Source: a candidate division FCPU426 bacterium
GTDB taxonomy: Bacteria; Oederibacteriota; Muellerivitia; Muellerivitales; Muellerivitaceae
Assembly (NCBI GenBank): GCA_963847625.1
Contig: CAWKAR010000040.1
Span: 32,898-96,897, forward strand
Direction of reading: 5' to 3'
Length of the DNA: 64,000 bases
The notes beneath the pieces are model-generated. The model did no database searches and was not told where the DNA came from. It saw nothing but the letters and a program-made list of their open reading frames with translations. Shown here in pieces: positions 8,996 to 19,094 of the stretch; within the stretch, counting starts at the first letter, position 1, and the number at the start of each line of letters is the position of its first letter. Position numbers and translations under genes: made by a program.

Positions 8996-11900
8996 TCATC
9001 GTATGAAGATGATTCTTTTGACTTTCCGGTCGAAAGGCTCGGTCAGGTAGAAGATGTATACCCCGCTCGCGACCATGTCCCCGTATTTGTTGGTCCCGTC
9101 CCAATAAAAGGTGATCTGGGAAGTCGCCGTCAGGTACCGGCTTCCCAAGGTCTTGATGTGCTCCCCCGCCGAGTTGTACACGGTCAATTCCAGGCTCCCC
9201 GGGTATTGGCTTGTCCCCACCGTGATGGATACCGTCTCCCCTCCCTGGAACACATTCTTGGTGACCGTGAATATGTCCGTTTCCGGCGTCCAGGTCGGTC
9301 CCGGTGTATCCGTGGAGGATGGTGTCAAGGTCACCGTCGGGCTGAAGAGAGGCGTCGCCGTGGGCGTGGCCGTCGCCGTCGGGGTCTTCGTCTTCGTGGA
9401 AGTGGAGGTGGGTGTGACCGTCCGGGTGGATGTGGGGGTGTAAGTGCGCGTCGGAGTCCGGGTCCATGTCGGCGTCCGTGTGACTGTCGGCGTATTCGTC
9501 TGGGTCCTTGTGTAGGTGATGGTAGGGGTCCTGGTTACTGTCGAGGTTAAAGTGGCGGTGGGAGTGTTTGTGACCGTAGGGGTGGCGGTCGGCGTGGAGG
9601 TCAAGGTTGGCGTTTTGGTAATCGTGTGTGTACTAGTCACCGTGGAGGTGTTCGTCGGAGTGTAAGTATCCGTCACCGTTGGGGTGTTGGTGGGTGTGTT
9701 AGTCACCGTCGGAGTGAACGTTTGAGTCCGTGTGTTGGTCACAGTAAACGTGCACGTCAGCGTGTAAGTATTCGTCACCGTCGGGGTGCTGGTGGGCGTG
9801 TTGGTAATGGTGGGAGTATTCGTCTGGGTCTTCGTATTGGTAACCGTAAACGTGGTGGTCACAGTGAACGTATTGGTCGGGGTGTAGGTATTTGTCACCG
9901 TCGGGGTGCTGGTGGACGTATTGGTAATAGTAGGCGTGTTTGTCTGGGTCTTCGTATTGGTAACCGTGAATGTGTTGGTCGGAGTATAGGTATTCGTCAC
10001 CGTCGGGGTGTTGGTGGGCGTGTTGGTAATAGTAGGCGTGTTTGTCTGGGTCTTCGTATTGGTAACCGTGAATGTGTTAGTCACCGTGAACGTGTTGGTC
10101 GGGGTGTAGGTATTCGTCACCGTCGGGGTGCTGGTGAATGTGTTGGTCGGGGTGTAGGTATTCGTCACCGTCGGGGTGTTGGTGAATGTGTTGGTAATAG
10201 TAGGCGTGTTTGTCTGGGTCTTCGTATTGGTAACCGTAAAGGTGTTGGTCACAGTGAACGTGTTGGTCGGGGTGTAGGTATTCGTTACCGTCGGGGTGTT
10301 GGTGAATGTGTTGGTGATGGTGGGTGTGTTTGTCTGGGTCTTCGTATTGGTAACCGTAAAGGTGTTGGTCACAGTAAACGTGCACGTCAGCGTGTAAGTA
10401 TTCGTCACCGTCGGGGTGCTGGTGGGCGTGTTGGTAATGGTGGGAGTATTCGTCTGGGTCTTCGTATTGGTAACCGTAAACGTGGTGGTCACAGTGAACG
10501 TATTGGTCGGGGTGTAGGTATTTGTCACCGTCGGGGTGCTGGTGGACGTATTGGTAATAGTAGGCGTGTTTGTCTGGGTCTTCGTATTGGTAACCGTGAA
10601 TGTGTTGGTCGGAGTATAGGTATTCGTCACCGTCGGGGTGTTGGTGGGCGTGTTGGTAATAGTAGGCGTGTTTGTCTGGGTCTTCGTATTGGTAATAGTG
10701 AACGTGTTGGTCACAGTGAATGTATTCGTCGGAGTATAGGTATTCGTTACCGTCGGGGTGTTGGTGGGCGTGTTGGTAATGGTGGGAGTGTTTGTTTGGG
10801 TCCACGTGTTGGTGATGGTAAATGTGTTTGTAATCGTGGATGTGTTTGTCGGCGTGTAAGTATTCGTTACCGTTGAGGTGTTGGTGGACGTGTTGGTAAT
10901 GGTGGGAGTGTTCGTCTGGGTCTTCGTATCGGTAATAGTGAACGTGTTGGTCACAGTGAATGTATTCGTTGGAGTGTAGGTATTCGTTACCGTCGGGGTG
11001 TTGGTGGGCGTGTTGGTAATGGTGGGAGTGTTCGTCTGGGTCTTCGTATCGGTAATAGTGAACGTGTTGGTCACAGTGAATGTATTCGTCGGAGTGTAGG
11101 TATTCGTCACCGTCGGGGTGTTGGTGGGCGTGTTGGTAATGGTGGGAGTGTTCGTCTGGGTCTTCGTATCGGTAATAGTGAAAGTGTTGGTCACAGTGAA
11201 TGTATTTGTCGGAGTGTAGGTATTCGTCACCGTTGGGGTGTTGGTGGGCGTGTTGGTAATGGTGGGAGTGTTCGTCTGGGTCTTCGTATCGGTAATAGTG
11301 AAAGTGTTGGTCACAGTGAATGTATTCGTTGGAGTGTAGGTATTCGTCACCGTCGGGGTGTTGCTAGGAGTGTTGGTAATGGTGCGTGTGTACGTCAGGG
11401 TCGGGGACAAGGTCAATGTGTTCGTGGGCGTCAAGGTTGGCTGCACCGTCGCCGTGTTCGTCGGGGTTACGGATGGGGACAAGGTCAATGTGTTCGTGGG
11501 CGTTAAGGTAGGTTGGATCGTCGCGGTATTCGTCGGCGTCACGGACGGGGACAAGGTCAATGTGTTCGTGGGCGTTAAGGTAGGTTGGATCGTCGCTGTG
11601 TTCGTCGGCGTCACGGACGGGGACAAGGTCAATGTGTTCGTGGGCGTCAAGGTTGGCTGCACCGTCGCCGTGTTCGTCGGCGTCACGGACGGGGACAAGG
11701 TCAAGGTGTTCGTGGGCGTTAAGGTAGGCATTACCGTCGCCGTGTTCGTGGGCGTCACGGACGGGGACAAGGTCAAGGTGTTCGTGGGCGTTAAGGTAGG
11801 CATTACCGTCACCGTGTTCGTGGGCGTTACGGTTGGAGACAAGGTCAATGTATTCGTGGGCGTTAAGGTAGGTTGGACCGTGGCGGTATTCGTCGGCGTT

Positions 11901-14900
11901 TGGGTAGGAGTCACCGTCAAGGTGTTTGTGGGCGTCAACGTAGGCATTACCGTCACCGTGTTCGTCGGCGTTACGGTCGGGGTCACCGTCAAGGTGTTTG
12001 TGGGCGTTAAGGTAGGCTGAATCGTCGCCGTATTCGTGGGAGTCGTCGTCGGGGTCACCGTCAAGGTGTCCGTGGGCGTCAAGGTAGGCTGGACCGTCGC
12101 GGTATTCGTAGGGGTTGGCGTAGGTGTCAAAGTGGGGGAATTGGTCGGCGTCAACGAAGGCACCACTGTCACCGTGTTCGTGGGGGTCGGCGTAGGGGTA
12201 TTCGTCAACGTGTTGGTGGGGGTCGGTGAGGGGCTTGTGGTTGGGGTGTTCGTTGGCATGGCGGTGGGTGTGCGCGTGGGGGTGTTGGTCGGCGTGAGTG
12301 TGGGCTGGCTTGTCCCGGTCGGGCTGAGGGTCGGCGTTGGAGTGTTCGTCAGCGTGTTCGTTAGGGTGGGCGTGGGACTTGTGGTAGGCGTGGGAGTCAG
12401 GGTGGGAGTGGGCGTGCGGGTCGGCGTGTTCGTTGGGGTGGGCGTGGGTGTAATGGTAGGCGTGGGAGTCGGGGTGGGAGTGGACGTGCGCGTAGGGGTG
12501 TTGGTGGGGGTGTTCGTAGGCGATGTGGTCCCAGTCGGGCTAAGTGTCGGGGTAAGCGTATTTGTGGGCGTGTTGGTCGGGGTGGGCGTGGGGGTGACGG
12601 TAAGTGTTGGGGTCGGGGTAGGTGTGGACGTCCTTGTAGGCGTGTTGGTCGGGGTGGGCGTGGGGGTCGTTGTTGGGGTGGGCGTGGGTGTATTAGTGGG
12701 TGTATTAGTATAAATATTCGTCGGGGTGGGCGTAGGTGTCGTCGTCGGGGTGGGTGTTGGCGTGGGGGTCGGCGTCCTTGTCGGCGTGTTCGTCGGGGTG
12801 GGCGTGGGTGTGATTGTCGGGGTCGGTGTAGGCGTGGGTGTGTTTGTGCGTGTGGGTGTGTTGGTGGGGGTGTTCGTGGGCGAGGTCGTCCCGGTCGGAC
12901 TGAGGGTCGGGGTAAGCGTGTTCGTCGGAGTGTTGGTTGGGGTGGGCGTGGGAGTTGTCGTAGGGGTCGGGGTGGGGGTAGGAGTTGGAGTCCTTGTCGG
13001 CGTGTTGGTCGGAGTAGGGGTGGGAGTCGTTGTAGGGGTGGGCGTGGGGGTGTTGGTCGGCGTCCTTGTCGGCGTATTCGTCGGGGTGGGCGTAGGCGTC
13101 GTGGTCGGAGTCGACGTGGGCGTGTTTACGGGTGTGTTGGTTGGGGTATTCGTCGGCGTGGGCGTAGGGGTCGTCGTCGGGGTCGGTGTGGGAGTAGGAG
13201 TGGGCGTTCTCGTGGGGGTGTTCGTCGGGGTGGGTGTGGGTGTAATCGTCGGGGTCGGTGTGGGAGTAGGAGTGGGCGTTCTCGTGGGAGTGTTCGTCGG
13301 GGTGTTCGTAGGCGATGTAGTCCCGGTCGGGCTGGGGGTCGGCGAGTAAGTGTTCGTCGGTGTGTTCGTTGGCGTTGGCGTGGGGGTGATGGTAGGCGTC
13401 GGGGTCGGAGTAAGGGTTGGAGTCCTCGTCGGGGTGTTGGTCGGAGTAGGTGTAGGCGTTGTCGTGGGCGTCGGGGTCGGTGTGGGCGTAGGAGTCCTCG
13501 TGGGAGTGTTGGTCGGGGTAGGCGTGGGTGTTGTCGTGGGGGTGGGGGTAGGTGTGTTAGTGGGCGTCCTCGTAGGGGTGTTCGTCGGGGTAGGCGTGGG
13601 TGTTGTCGTGGGAGTGGGGGTAGGCGTATTGGTGGGCGTCGGTGTTGGAGTATTGGTCGGAGTAGGAGTAGGACTCGTTGTGGGCGTGGGGGTCGGGGTG
13701 GGCGTAGGAGTCCTCGTGGGAGTGTTCGTCGGGGTAGGCGTAGGGGTTGTGGTGGGGGTCGGCGTGGGGGTTCGGGTCGGCGTTGGTGTAGGGGTATTGG
13801 TCGGCGTCGGTGTTGGCGAAACTGTTGGGGTTGGCGTGGGGGTGTTCGTCGGTGTTGGGGTCGGCGTTCGGGTCGGGGTATTTGTGGGAGTATTGGTTGG
13901 CGTGGGGGTGGGTGAAACTGTCGGTGTTGGAGTCGGCGTTCGGGTCGGCGTATTTGTGGGAGTATTGGTTGGTGTGGGGGTGGGTGAGGTTGTCGGGGTC
14001 GGAGTTGGAGTCGGCGTTCGGGTCGGGGTATTGGTCGGCGTCGGTGTTGGCGAGACTGTTGGTGTCGGCGTAGGCGTGTTCGTCGGCGTGGGAGTGTTCG
14101 TCCGGGTCGGGGTATTCGTTGGGGTGGGCGAAACGGTCGGGGTCGGGGTTGGAGTCGGCGTTCGAGTCGGCGTATTCGTGGGGGTGGAAGTGGGTGTTGG
14201 AGTGGGGGTAGGCGAGTTGGTTGGCGTGGGGGTCGGAGTCCGAGTTGGAGTGTTTGTCGGGGTGGGCGTGGGTGACACGGTAGGTGTGGGAGTTGGCGTC
14301 CGGGTCGGGGTGTTGGTCGGTGTGGGGGTGGAAGTCGGTGACGGTGTATTGGTCGGAGTATTGGTTCGGGTCGGAGTGTTGGTGGGGGTCGGGGTATTGG
14401 TGTAGGTAAAGGTGAAGGTGGGGGTGTATAAGCAGGGAACGGGCACCGAAACCGAGTTGGAAGTCGCGGTTCCATGGTTGCTTCCACTTACCCAGGTCAC
14501 GCTTGCGTTGTCAACAAAGGTTTGGCATTGGTTTCCCAACCAGTAATAATTCTCGGTATTCGCCAACATGGTCACGCAGTTATTACCCCCCCCGAAGGAA
14601 GACCAATAGATTGTATTTGTGTTTACGTCCGGCTGGGCTCCTCCATAGTAGTAGCAAGCTCCGGTCGCGGTGGTGGGCCCAAATCCCCAACATGCCCATG
14701 CGAATCCCGCGCTGGCAGGGAACCCGTCCGTGATCGTCACTCCCCCCGGTTGTGTCACTGGGCCGCCGGTGTTACAAGCCACTATTAAAAAAGTGGCTCC
14801 CATTGTGTTGCCGGAAGCGGTAACCGCGGACACCAGGGATTTAGTGATGGTAAAATTCGGCGGTCCAATCAATGTTATAGGCGGGGGAATCGTCGTGGAT

Positions 14901-15517
14901 AAGGTCTCGAAAAGCGCGCCTCCACAATTGCTGGTGCTGTAATCCCCATCAGAGGTGGAGGAGGTAAAAGGGACTTGCGCGCCGGTGACGGGGTTAAAGA
15001 TGGATTGGCCCCAACAGCATAGGCCGGAAGTAGTGCTGACGGACACAGGAGCAGTCCAGCCGGTGGTGGCGTAGTTGGTCGCGTACCAGTTCGTGGCGGG
15101 GGGGGTGGTCGGATTCCCAGCGCTGATGTAATCCAACGAGACGCCGGCGGTCCCGCTGGAAATTTCCGAATGCGTTCCGCCTGAACAGGTGATGTCCAGG
15201 TCCCAGGCCGAGTAAACGTTATTGCAGGCGGTGTTTTGGGTATAGACCGAGACATAGACTTTACTGCCGGTCAAAAGGGACGTGGGAACGGTGATGCAAC
15301 CCGGCGGGCAGGTTCCGCTGCCATCCCAGTTGCAGTAGGCGACTTGTCCGATATAAACCCCGCCCACGTAGACCTGGGACCAATCGTCGCCGGCCACGCA
15401 GATCTGCGCGGAAGTAGGCGTGCATTGGGCGTAAGATTTCGCAGGAGAAAAGCAAATAAAAACAAGGCCTGCCAACACAATTAAACTCGATATTGTCTTT
15501 AAAGACTTGATATTCAT
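8996..15517 (-). CDS. Giant secreted Thr/Pro-rich repeat protein A (2173 aa): signal peptide, Cys-rich beta-domain, DUF11-like domain, ~1700-aa (T-X)n stalk, C-terminal FlgD-like Ig domain
   Basis: Uninterrupted ORF with an N-terminal hydrophobic signal ending ..SYA-Q. C-terminus has [12 protein letters not shown]...[15 protein letters not shown]. Confidence 0.88.
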   Translation of the reverse strand: MNIKSLKTISSLIVLAGLVFICFSPAKSYAQCTPTSAQICVAGDDWSQVYVGGVYIGQVAYCNWDGSGTCPPGCITVPTSLLTGSKVYVSVYTQNTACNNVYSAWDLDITCSGGTHSEISSGTAGVSLDYISAGNPTTPPATNWYATNYATTGWTAPVSVSTTSGLCCWGQSIFNPVTGAQVPFTSSTSDGDYSTSNCGGALFETLSTTIPPPITLIGPPNFTITKSLVSAVTASGNTMGATFLIVACNTGGPVTQPGGVTITDGFPASAGFAWACWGFGPTTATGACYYYGGAQPDVNTNTIYWSSFGGGNNCVTMLANTENYYWLGNQCQTFVDNASVTWVSGSNHGTATSNSVSVPVPCLYTPTFTFTYTNTPTPTNTPTRTNTPTNTPSPTSTPTPTNTPTRTPTPTPTVSPTPTPTNTPTRTPTPTPTNSPTPTPTPTSTPTNTPTRTPTPTPTPTVSPTPTNTPTRTNTPTPTNTPTPTPTVSPTPTPTNTPTRTPTPTPTPTTSPTPTPTNTPTNTPTRTPTPTPTVSPTPTPTNTPTNTPTRTPTPTPTNTPTPTPTVSPTPTPTNTPTPTPTRTPTPTPTTTPTPTPTNTPTRTPTPTPTPTPTTSPTPTPTNTPTPTPTNTPTPTPTTTPTPTPTNTPTRTPTNTPTPTPTTTPTPTPTNTPTRTPTPTPTPTPTTTPTPTPTNTPTRTPTLTPTPTPTITPTPTPTNTPTNTYSPTPSPTGTTSPTNTPTNTPTRTPTPTPTPTPTITPTPTPTNTPTRTPTPTPTPTPTTTPTPTPTNTPTNTPVNTPTSTPTTTPTPTPTNTPTRTPTNTPTPTPTTTPTPTPTNTPTRTPTPTPTPTPTTTPTPTPTNTPTNTLTPTLSPTGTTSPTNTPTNTPTRTNTPTPTPTPTITPTPTPTNTPTRTPTPTPTPTPTTTPTPTPTNIYTNTPTNTPTPTPTTTPTPTPTNTPTRTSTPTPTPTLTVTPTPTPTNTPTNTLTPTLSPTGTTSPTNTPTNTPTRTSTPTPTPTPTITPTPTPTNTPTRTPTPTLTPTPTTSPTPTLTNTLTNTPTPTLSPTGTSQPTLTPTNTPTRTPTAMPTNTPTTSPSPTPTNTLTNTPTPTPTNTVTVVPSLTPTNSPTLTPTPTPTNTATVQPTLTPTDTLTVTPTTTPTNTATIQPTLTPTNTLTVTPTVTPTNTVTVMPTLTPTNTLTVTPTQTPTNTATVQPTLTPTNTLTLSPTVTPTNTVTVMPTLTPTNTLTLSPSVTPTNTATVMPTLTPTNTLTLSPSVTPTNTATVQPTLTPTNTLTLSPSVTPTNTATIQPTLTPTNTLTLSPSVTPTNTATIQPTLTPTNTLTLSPSVTPTNTATVQPTLTPTNTLTLSPTLTYTRTITNTPSNTPTVTNTYTPTNTFTVTNTFTITDTKTQTNTPTITNTPTNTPTVTNTYTPTNTFTVTNTFTITDTKTQTNTPTITNTPTNTPTVTNTYTPTNTFTVTNTFTITDTKTQTNTPTITNTPTNTPTVTNTYTPTNTFTVTNTFTITDTKTQTNTPTITNTSTNTSTVTNTYTPTNTSTITNTFTITNTWTQTNTPTITNTPTNTPTVTNTYTPTNTFTVTNTFTITNTKTQTNTPTITNTPTNTPTVTNTYTPTNTFTVTNTKTQTNTPTITNTSTSTPTVTNTYTPTNTFTVTTTFTVTNTKTQTNTPTITNTPTSTPTVTNTYTLTCTFTVTNTFTVTNTKTQTNTPTITNTFTNTPTVTNTYTPTNTFTVTNTFTVTNTKTQTNTPTITNTFTNTPTVTNTYTPTNTFTSTPTVTNTYTPTNTFTVTNTFTVTNTKTQTNTPTITNTPTNTPTVTNTYTPTNTFTVTNTKTQTNTPTITNTSTSTPTVTNTYTPTNTFTVTTTFTVTNTKTQTNTPTITNTPTSTPTVTNTYTLTCTFTVTNTRTQTFTPTVTNTPTNTPTVTDTYTPTNTSTVTSTHTITKTPTLTSTPTATPTVTNTPTATLTSTVTRTPTITYTRTQTNTPTVTRTPTWTRTPTRTYTPTSTRTVTPTSTSTKTKTPTATATPTATPLFSPTVTLTPSSTDTPGPTWTPETDIFTVTKNVFQGGETVSITVGTSQYPGSLELTVYNSAGEHIKTLGSRYLTATSQITFYWDGTNKYGDMVASGVYIFYLTEPFDRKVKRIIFIR
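9740..14430 (-). repeat. Intragenic tandem repeat zones of protein A (120-bp units, 72-bp units, short Thr-Pro units)
   Basis: TCTTCGTATCGGTAATAGTG recurs at 10921/11041/11161/11281. GGGGACAAGGTCAA recurs at 11403/11475/11547. Zone limits are approximate. Confidence 0.9.
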
Positions 15518-15874
15518 TTAATCCCAATTTCAAAGGGTTAAGAAAAGCTAAAAAAGCTCAAATTATACTTAAAACGATTTTGAGCCTTGTATTATTTACT
15601 AAATTTTATCGCTTTTTTAAAAAATATTGACAGGTAATTCAAGAATCTTTGATTAAAACCTTTTATTTAAACAATGGCACGAATTTAAGGGTTTTTTCTG
15701 TTTTTAAAATCCCCGCCTGCCTAAAAACTTCTCTAAATATCCCGGGGTTTGGGATCTGGGGTTTTCAAATTGCCGAACCTGCCAATAACATTACTGCCAT
15801 ACGTGTTAGAAGCCCTTTGGATTTCGATACCATGGCTTCCTGTTTTTGGCATCGGGCTTGGATGGGTTGGGCCG

Positions 15875-16624
15875 CTATTCCAGGCCCAATTCCTTTTTGA
15901 GATCCTCGAGCCGTTCCCGGCTTACCGGCAGCCGGGTGGAAACCTTATCGGATAGGACCGCGTGGTACTTCCGGTCCCCCTCATGCTCCAGTTCTTTCAG
16001 GAAATCCAGGTTGATGATGGCGCTGCGATGGATCCTTAAAAAACGGTTAGGATCAAGCCTGAGGGCCAGGGTGTCCAGCCGGTCATCCACAAGCAGTTCC
16101 TGCCCTTCCACCAAAAGCAACGCGTAATGGTCTTTGGCGACGATAGCCGAAACTTTGGAGGGGTCAAAAACCTTGTATTTGTTGCCGCACTTGACCGCCA
16201 TGCGCCTTCTCACCTGCCCTTCCCCCAAACTCCCCGTCAGCCGGTTGAGGTTGTCAGAAAGCGGAGGCTTCAAGCGTTTACGCATCTTCTCGAGGGTCTC
16301 GGATAGCCTTTCCGGAACCACGGGTTTCACTAGGTAATCCATGGCCGAAAGCTCAAAGGCTTTCAAGGCGTGCTCGCTGTAAGCCGTCACAAAAACCACC
16401 GCCGGCCCTCCTTCGCCTAGGGCCTCGGCCGTCTCCAAACCGTTGAGCTCGGGCATTTCAATGTCAAGGAACACCAAGTCCGGTTTCAGATCATGTACTG
16501 CTTGGAGGGCCTCCAAACCATTCGAAGCCTCCCCCACCACTTGGAGGTCCTTGAATTCGGCCAAAAGCCGTTTGAATCGGGTCCTGGCCGGAACCTCGTC
16601 GTCCGCGATGATAACTCGTATCAT
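15875..16624 (-). CDS. LytTR-family response regulator
   Basis: Receiver motifs ADDE, FLDIEMP, FVTAY, DYLVKP. LytTR motif FLRIHRSAIIN. Confidence 0.93.
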   Translation of the reverse strand: MIRVIIADDEVPARTRFKRLLAEFKDLQVVGEASNGLEALQAVHDLKPDLVFLDIEMPELNGLETAEALGEGGPAVVFVTAYSEHALKAFELSAMDYLVKPVVPERLSETLEKMRKRLKPPLSDNLNRLTGSLGEGQVRRRMAVKCGNKYKVFDPSKVSAIVAKDHYALLLVEGQELLVDDRLDTLALRLDPNRFLRIHRSAIINLDFLKELEHEGDRKYHAVLSDKVSTRLPVSRERLEDLKKELGLE

Positions 16625-17772
16625 TTTGCCTCCTGAGGGGAAAGCTCGCCGGAAACCGCCGGCATCGTCAAAACGACCATGGATCCCCCGTCTTTTCTGG
16701 ATGATATTTCCAACCGTCCCTCCCTGCCGTAACCCAATTCCAGCCGTTTTCGGGTGTTTTCCAGCGCCGTGCTAGAGCCTTTATAGGGGGACTGGCCGAA
16801 TCCCACGCCGTCGTCCTCCACCCTCATCTCCAAATGCCCGTCCTGAAGGGCGGCCCCGATCCATATCCGCCCGCCGGCGGCTCGGGGAGACAGCCCGTGC
16901 TTGACCGCGTTTTCCACCAATGGCTGCAATATGAGGACTGGCACCTGCACCTTCGCGGGGTCAAATCCCTCCCCGACTTCGAACTCCGCGGACAGCCTCG
17001 ATCCGAAACGGACCTGCTCAATATCCAGGTAATCCCGGCAGAAATCCAGTTCTTCTTGGAGGGAGTGGCTGGTTTTCCAGGTAGCCGCCAAAATCCCTTG
17101 GTAAAGGGCGGAAAGCTTGACCACCACCTTTTCCGCCTTGGAAGGGTCGGCCGGGATCAAGGCCGCCACCGTGTTCAGGGTGTTAAAGAGAAAATGGGGG
17201 TTCATTTGGTCCTTCAGTTTGGTCAAAAGGGCCTGAAGCCTTTCCTTTTCCAGTTCCTGCGCCCTCAAAAGGCTCTGGCGGGCAGTGTCGCGCAAATCCA
17301 GCCAGTTCTTAAAAATGAAAAGGACCAGCAAAAACAGCCACCCCCAAAAAATCGCGTCACTGTAATACTTCCATTGAAAGGTGCTGGGGATCGGGTCGCC
17401 CGCGAAGTAATAATTGATCCCTGCCACCATCAGGCGCAGGGCCACGAATATACCCGGAGGCACCAAGAATGCCAGGAGCAGCAAATACCACCCGATCCCG
17501 TGGCGGGGCGAATCCCGTTTTGCCCTTTTGGACAAAATTCCCTCAACCACAAGATAAGTTTTGACCATTCCCATCGCGAAAAGGACCACCAGGGTGGCCT
17601 CTAAAAAACTCCAGGCCCAGCGGAAAAGGAAGGAAAACAAGCTCCACTCGCCCCAAACCAGCGCGGCCAGAAACGTCCAAAGGGGGTTCCAGAAAAAAAG
17701 GAGTTTCAAGAAGGAAATCATGAATTCCTTCTCAAAGTCGAGAATAAATATTTTTCTAATACCCCGTCTCAT
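16621..17772 (-). CDS. LytS/YehU-type sensor histidine kinase
   Basis: TM N-terminus, QMNPHFLFNTLN, LQPLVENAVKHG, VEDDGVG. 4-bp overlap with the regulator. Confidence 0.93.
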   Translation of the reverse strand: MRRGIRKIFILDFEKEFMISFLKLLFFWNPLWTFLAALVWGEWSLFSFLFRWAWSFLEATLVVLFAMGMVKTYLVVEGILSKRAKRDSPRHGIGWYLLLLAFLVPPGIFVALRLMVAGINYYFAGDPIPSTFQWKYYSDAIFWGWLFLLVLFIFKNWLDLRDTARQSLLRAQELEKERLQALLTKLKDQMNPHFLFNTLNTVAALIPADPSKAEKVVVKLSALYQGILAATWKTSHSLQEELDFCRDYLDIEQVRFGSRLSAEFEVGEGFDPAKVQVPVLILQPLVENAVKHGLSPRAAGGRIWIGAALQDGHLEMRVEDDGVGFGQSPYKGSSTALENTRKRLELGYGREGRLEISSRKDGGSMVVLTMPAVSGELSPQEAK

Positions 17773-18348
17773 CTTGTCCCTTCCGATTGGACGGCCTGGT
17801 TCATTCGAGAGAAATAATGTGTCGAATTTTAAAGGACTCCATGAATGACTTCATTAATCTTTTAACGAAAAACAACCGGACGGTGTCATATTCCTCGGGA
17901 ACTAGGATTTCCCCATTTGCCCGCGGTCCTCTATTACTGTACCTCTTTTTATGACGCGCGAATCGGGGGAATCGTTGGTATCAAACCGGAGGAAATCACG
18001 GAAACATGGGGATTTCGGCCTCCAGGCCCCGGCTTTTGCCGGGGCCCGGCCGATACCCGGGGTTTTGGCACCGGGTAAGGGTGCAGTCTTGCCCCCAAGC
18101 TTTAAAGCCGGAGGGTTAGGCTGCCAGCGATGCCCTATCAAGAAAGATATTCCAAACGAAGTTCCGGATTAAGGAAGTACTTACAAAAAGGCGGAAAAAC
18201 CCACCGAATGGACGTTTCAAATGATTAAACTTTGCCCATAAAATAAACAGTCCCCTAAAAATTCATTATTAAAGGGATATAATTCTTGGACCCATCAACT
18301 GAAAAAGATATTTATTTCAAAATTGATCGCGCATAAGGGAGTCATCGG

Positions 18349-19044
18349 ATGATTAAATACATACCCGTGATATTGGCTGGCATGTTCCTGGTTCCATTCC
18401 TTTGTGCTGAATCCCTCCCCCCTCTGGAAAATGCGGAAAACTCTTCAACTACCAACTCCTTATCCCTTTCCAATCCGGCTATGGAAGAAACAAAAACGGC
18501 ATTGGATTATTTTCCCGCCCAACCCGGTTCCAAGTGGATTTATGAGTATTTGGCTCCCAATCCCGGAGAGGCCGGAAAACCAATCCGGACCGTCGAATGC
18601 GTCAGTCAAACCGCTTCCGCCGACGGGTCCATCCGGGTGGTCATGGAAACGACGGATAGCGGACGCCAAGTCCGGGACCGTTATGTCTTGAAAAAAACAT
18701 GGGTGGACCATTACGCGCGCGCCGACCGGACCTTCACCGGGGATTTTGTCTTCAAACTTCCGAAGTCCGGGAACTTGCCGGCCTGGTCCATCCAGGAAGA
18801 AAACGGAACCCTCCACACATCCACCGCCAGTTTCGGCCAGGTCCAAGCCGGTTCCAATAACTTTTCCGATTGCGTTGTCGTGACGGAAAAGGTCCTCAAG
18901 GGTGAAAATACCCTGTTCACCGTAAACTATTATTACGCCAGGGGAATCGGCCTGGTCAGCATGCAGGTTTACTCCGTATCCGGCCTGCTCCTTCCCGAGC
19001 AGTCCTTTATTCTTTCCAGCGGTCCAACTGCCGCCTCCAATTGA
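18349..19044 (+). CDS. Exported hypothetical protein
   Basis: Signal peptide, DYFP...GSKWIY and YYARGIGLV motifs, GGGAG RBS. Confidence 0.7.
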   Translation: MIKYIPVILAGMFLVPFLCAESLPPLENAENSSTTNSLSLSNPAMEETKTALDYFPAQPGSKWIYEYLAPNPGEAGKPIRTVECVSQTASADGSIRVVMETTDSGRQVRDRYVLKKTWVDHYARADRTFTGDFVFKLPKSGNLPAWSIQEENGTLHTSTASFGQVQAGSNNFSDCVVVTEKVLKGENTLFTVNYYYARGIGLVSMQVYSVSGLLLPEQSFILSSGPTAASN

Positions 19045-19094
19045 ACCTTTCTTAAAATCCCAGGAGGGCCCGGCATGAACGGGGCCTTTCGGCC

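Noticed and set aside
9626..14405. Long Val/Gly-rich and Arg/Gly-rich ORFs on the + strand (also 52571-56810)
   Set aside because: They are antisense shadows of the ACN-CCN codon repeats of the real genes.
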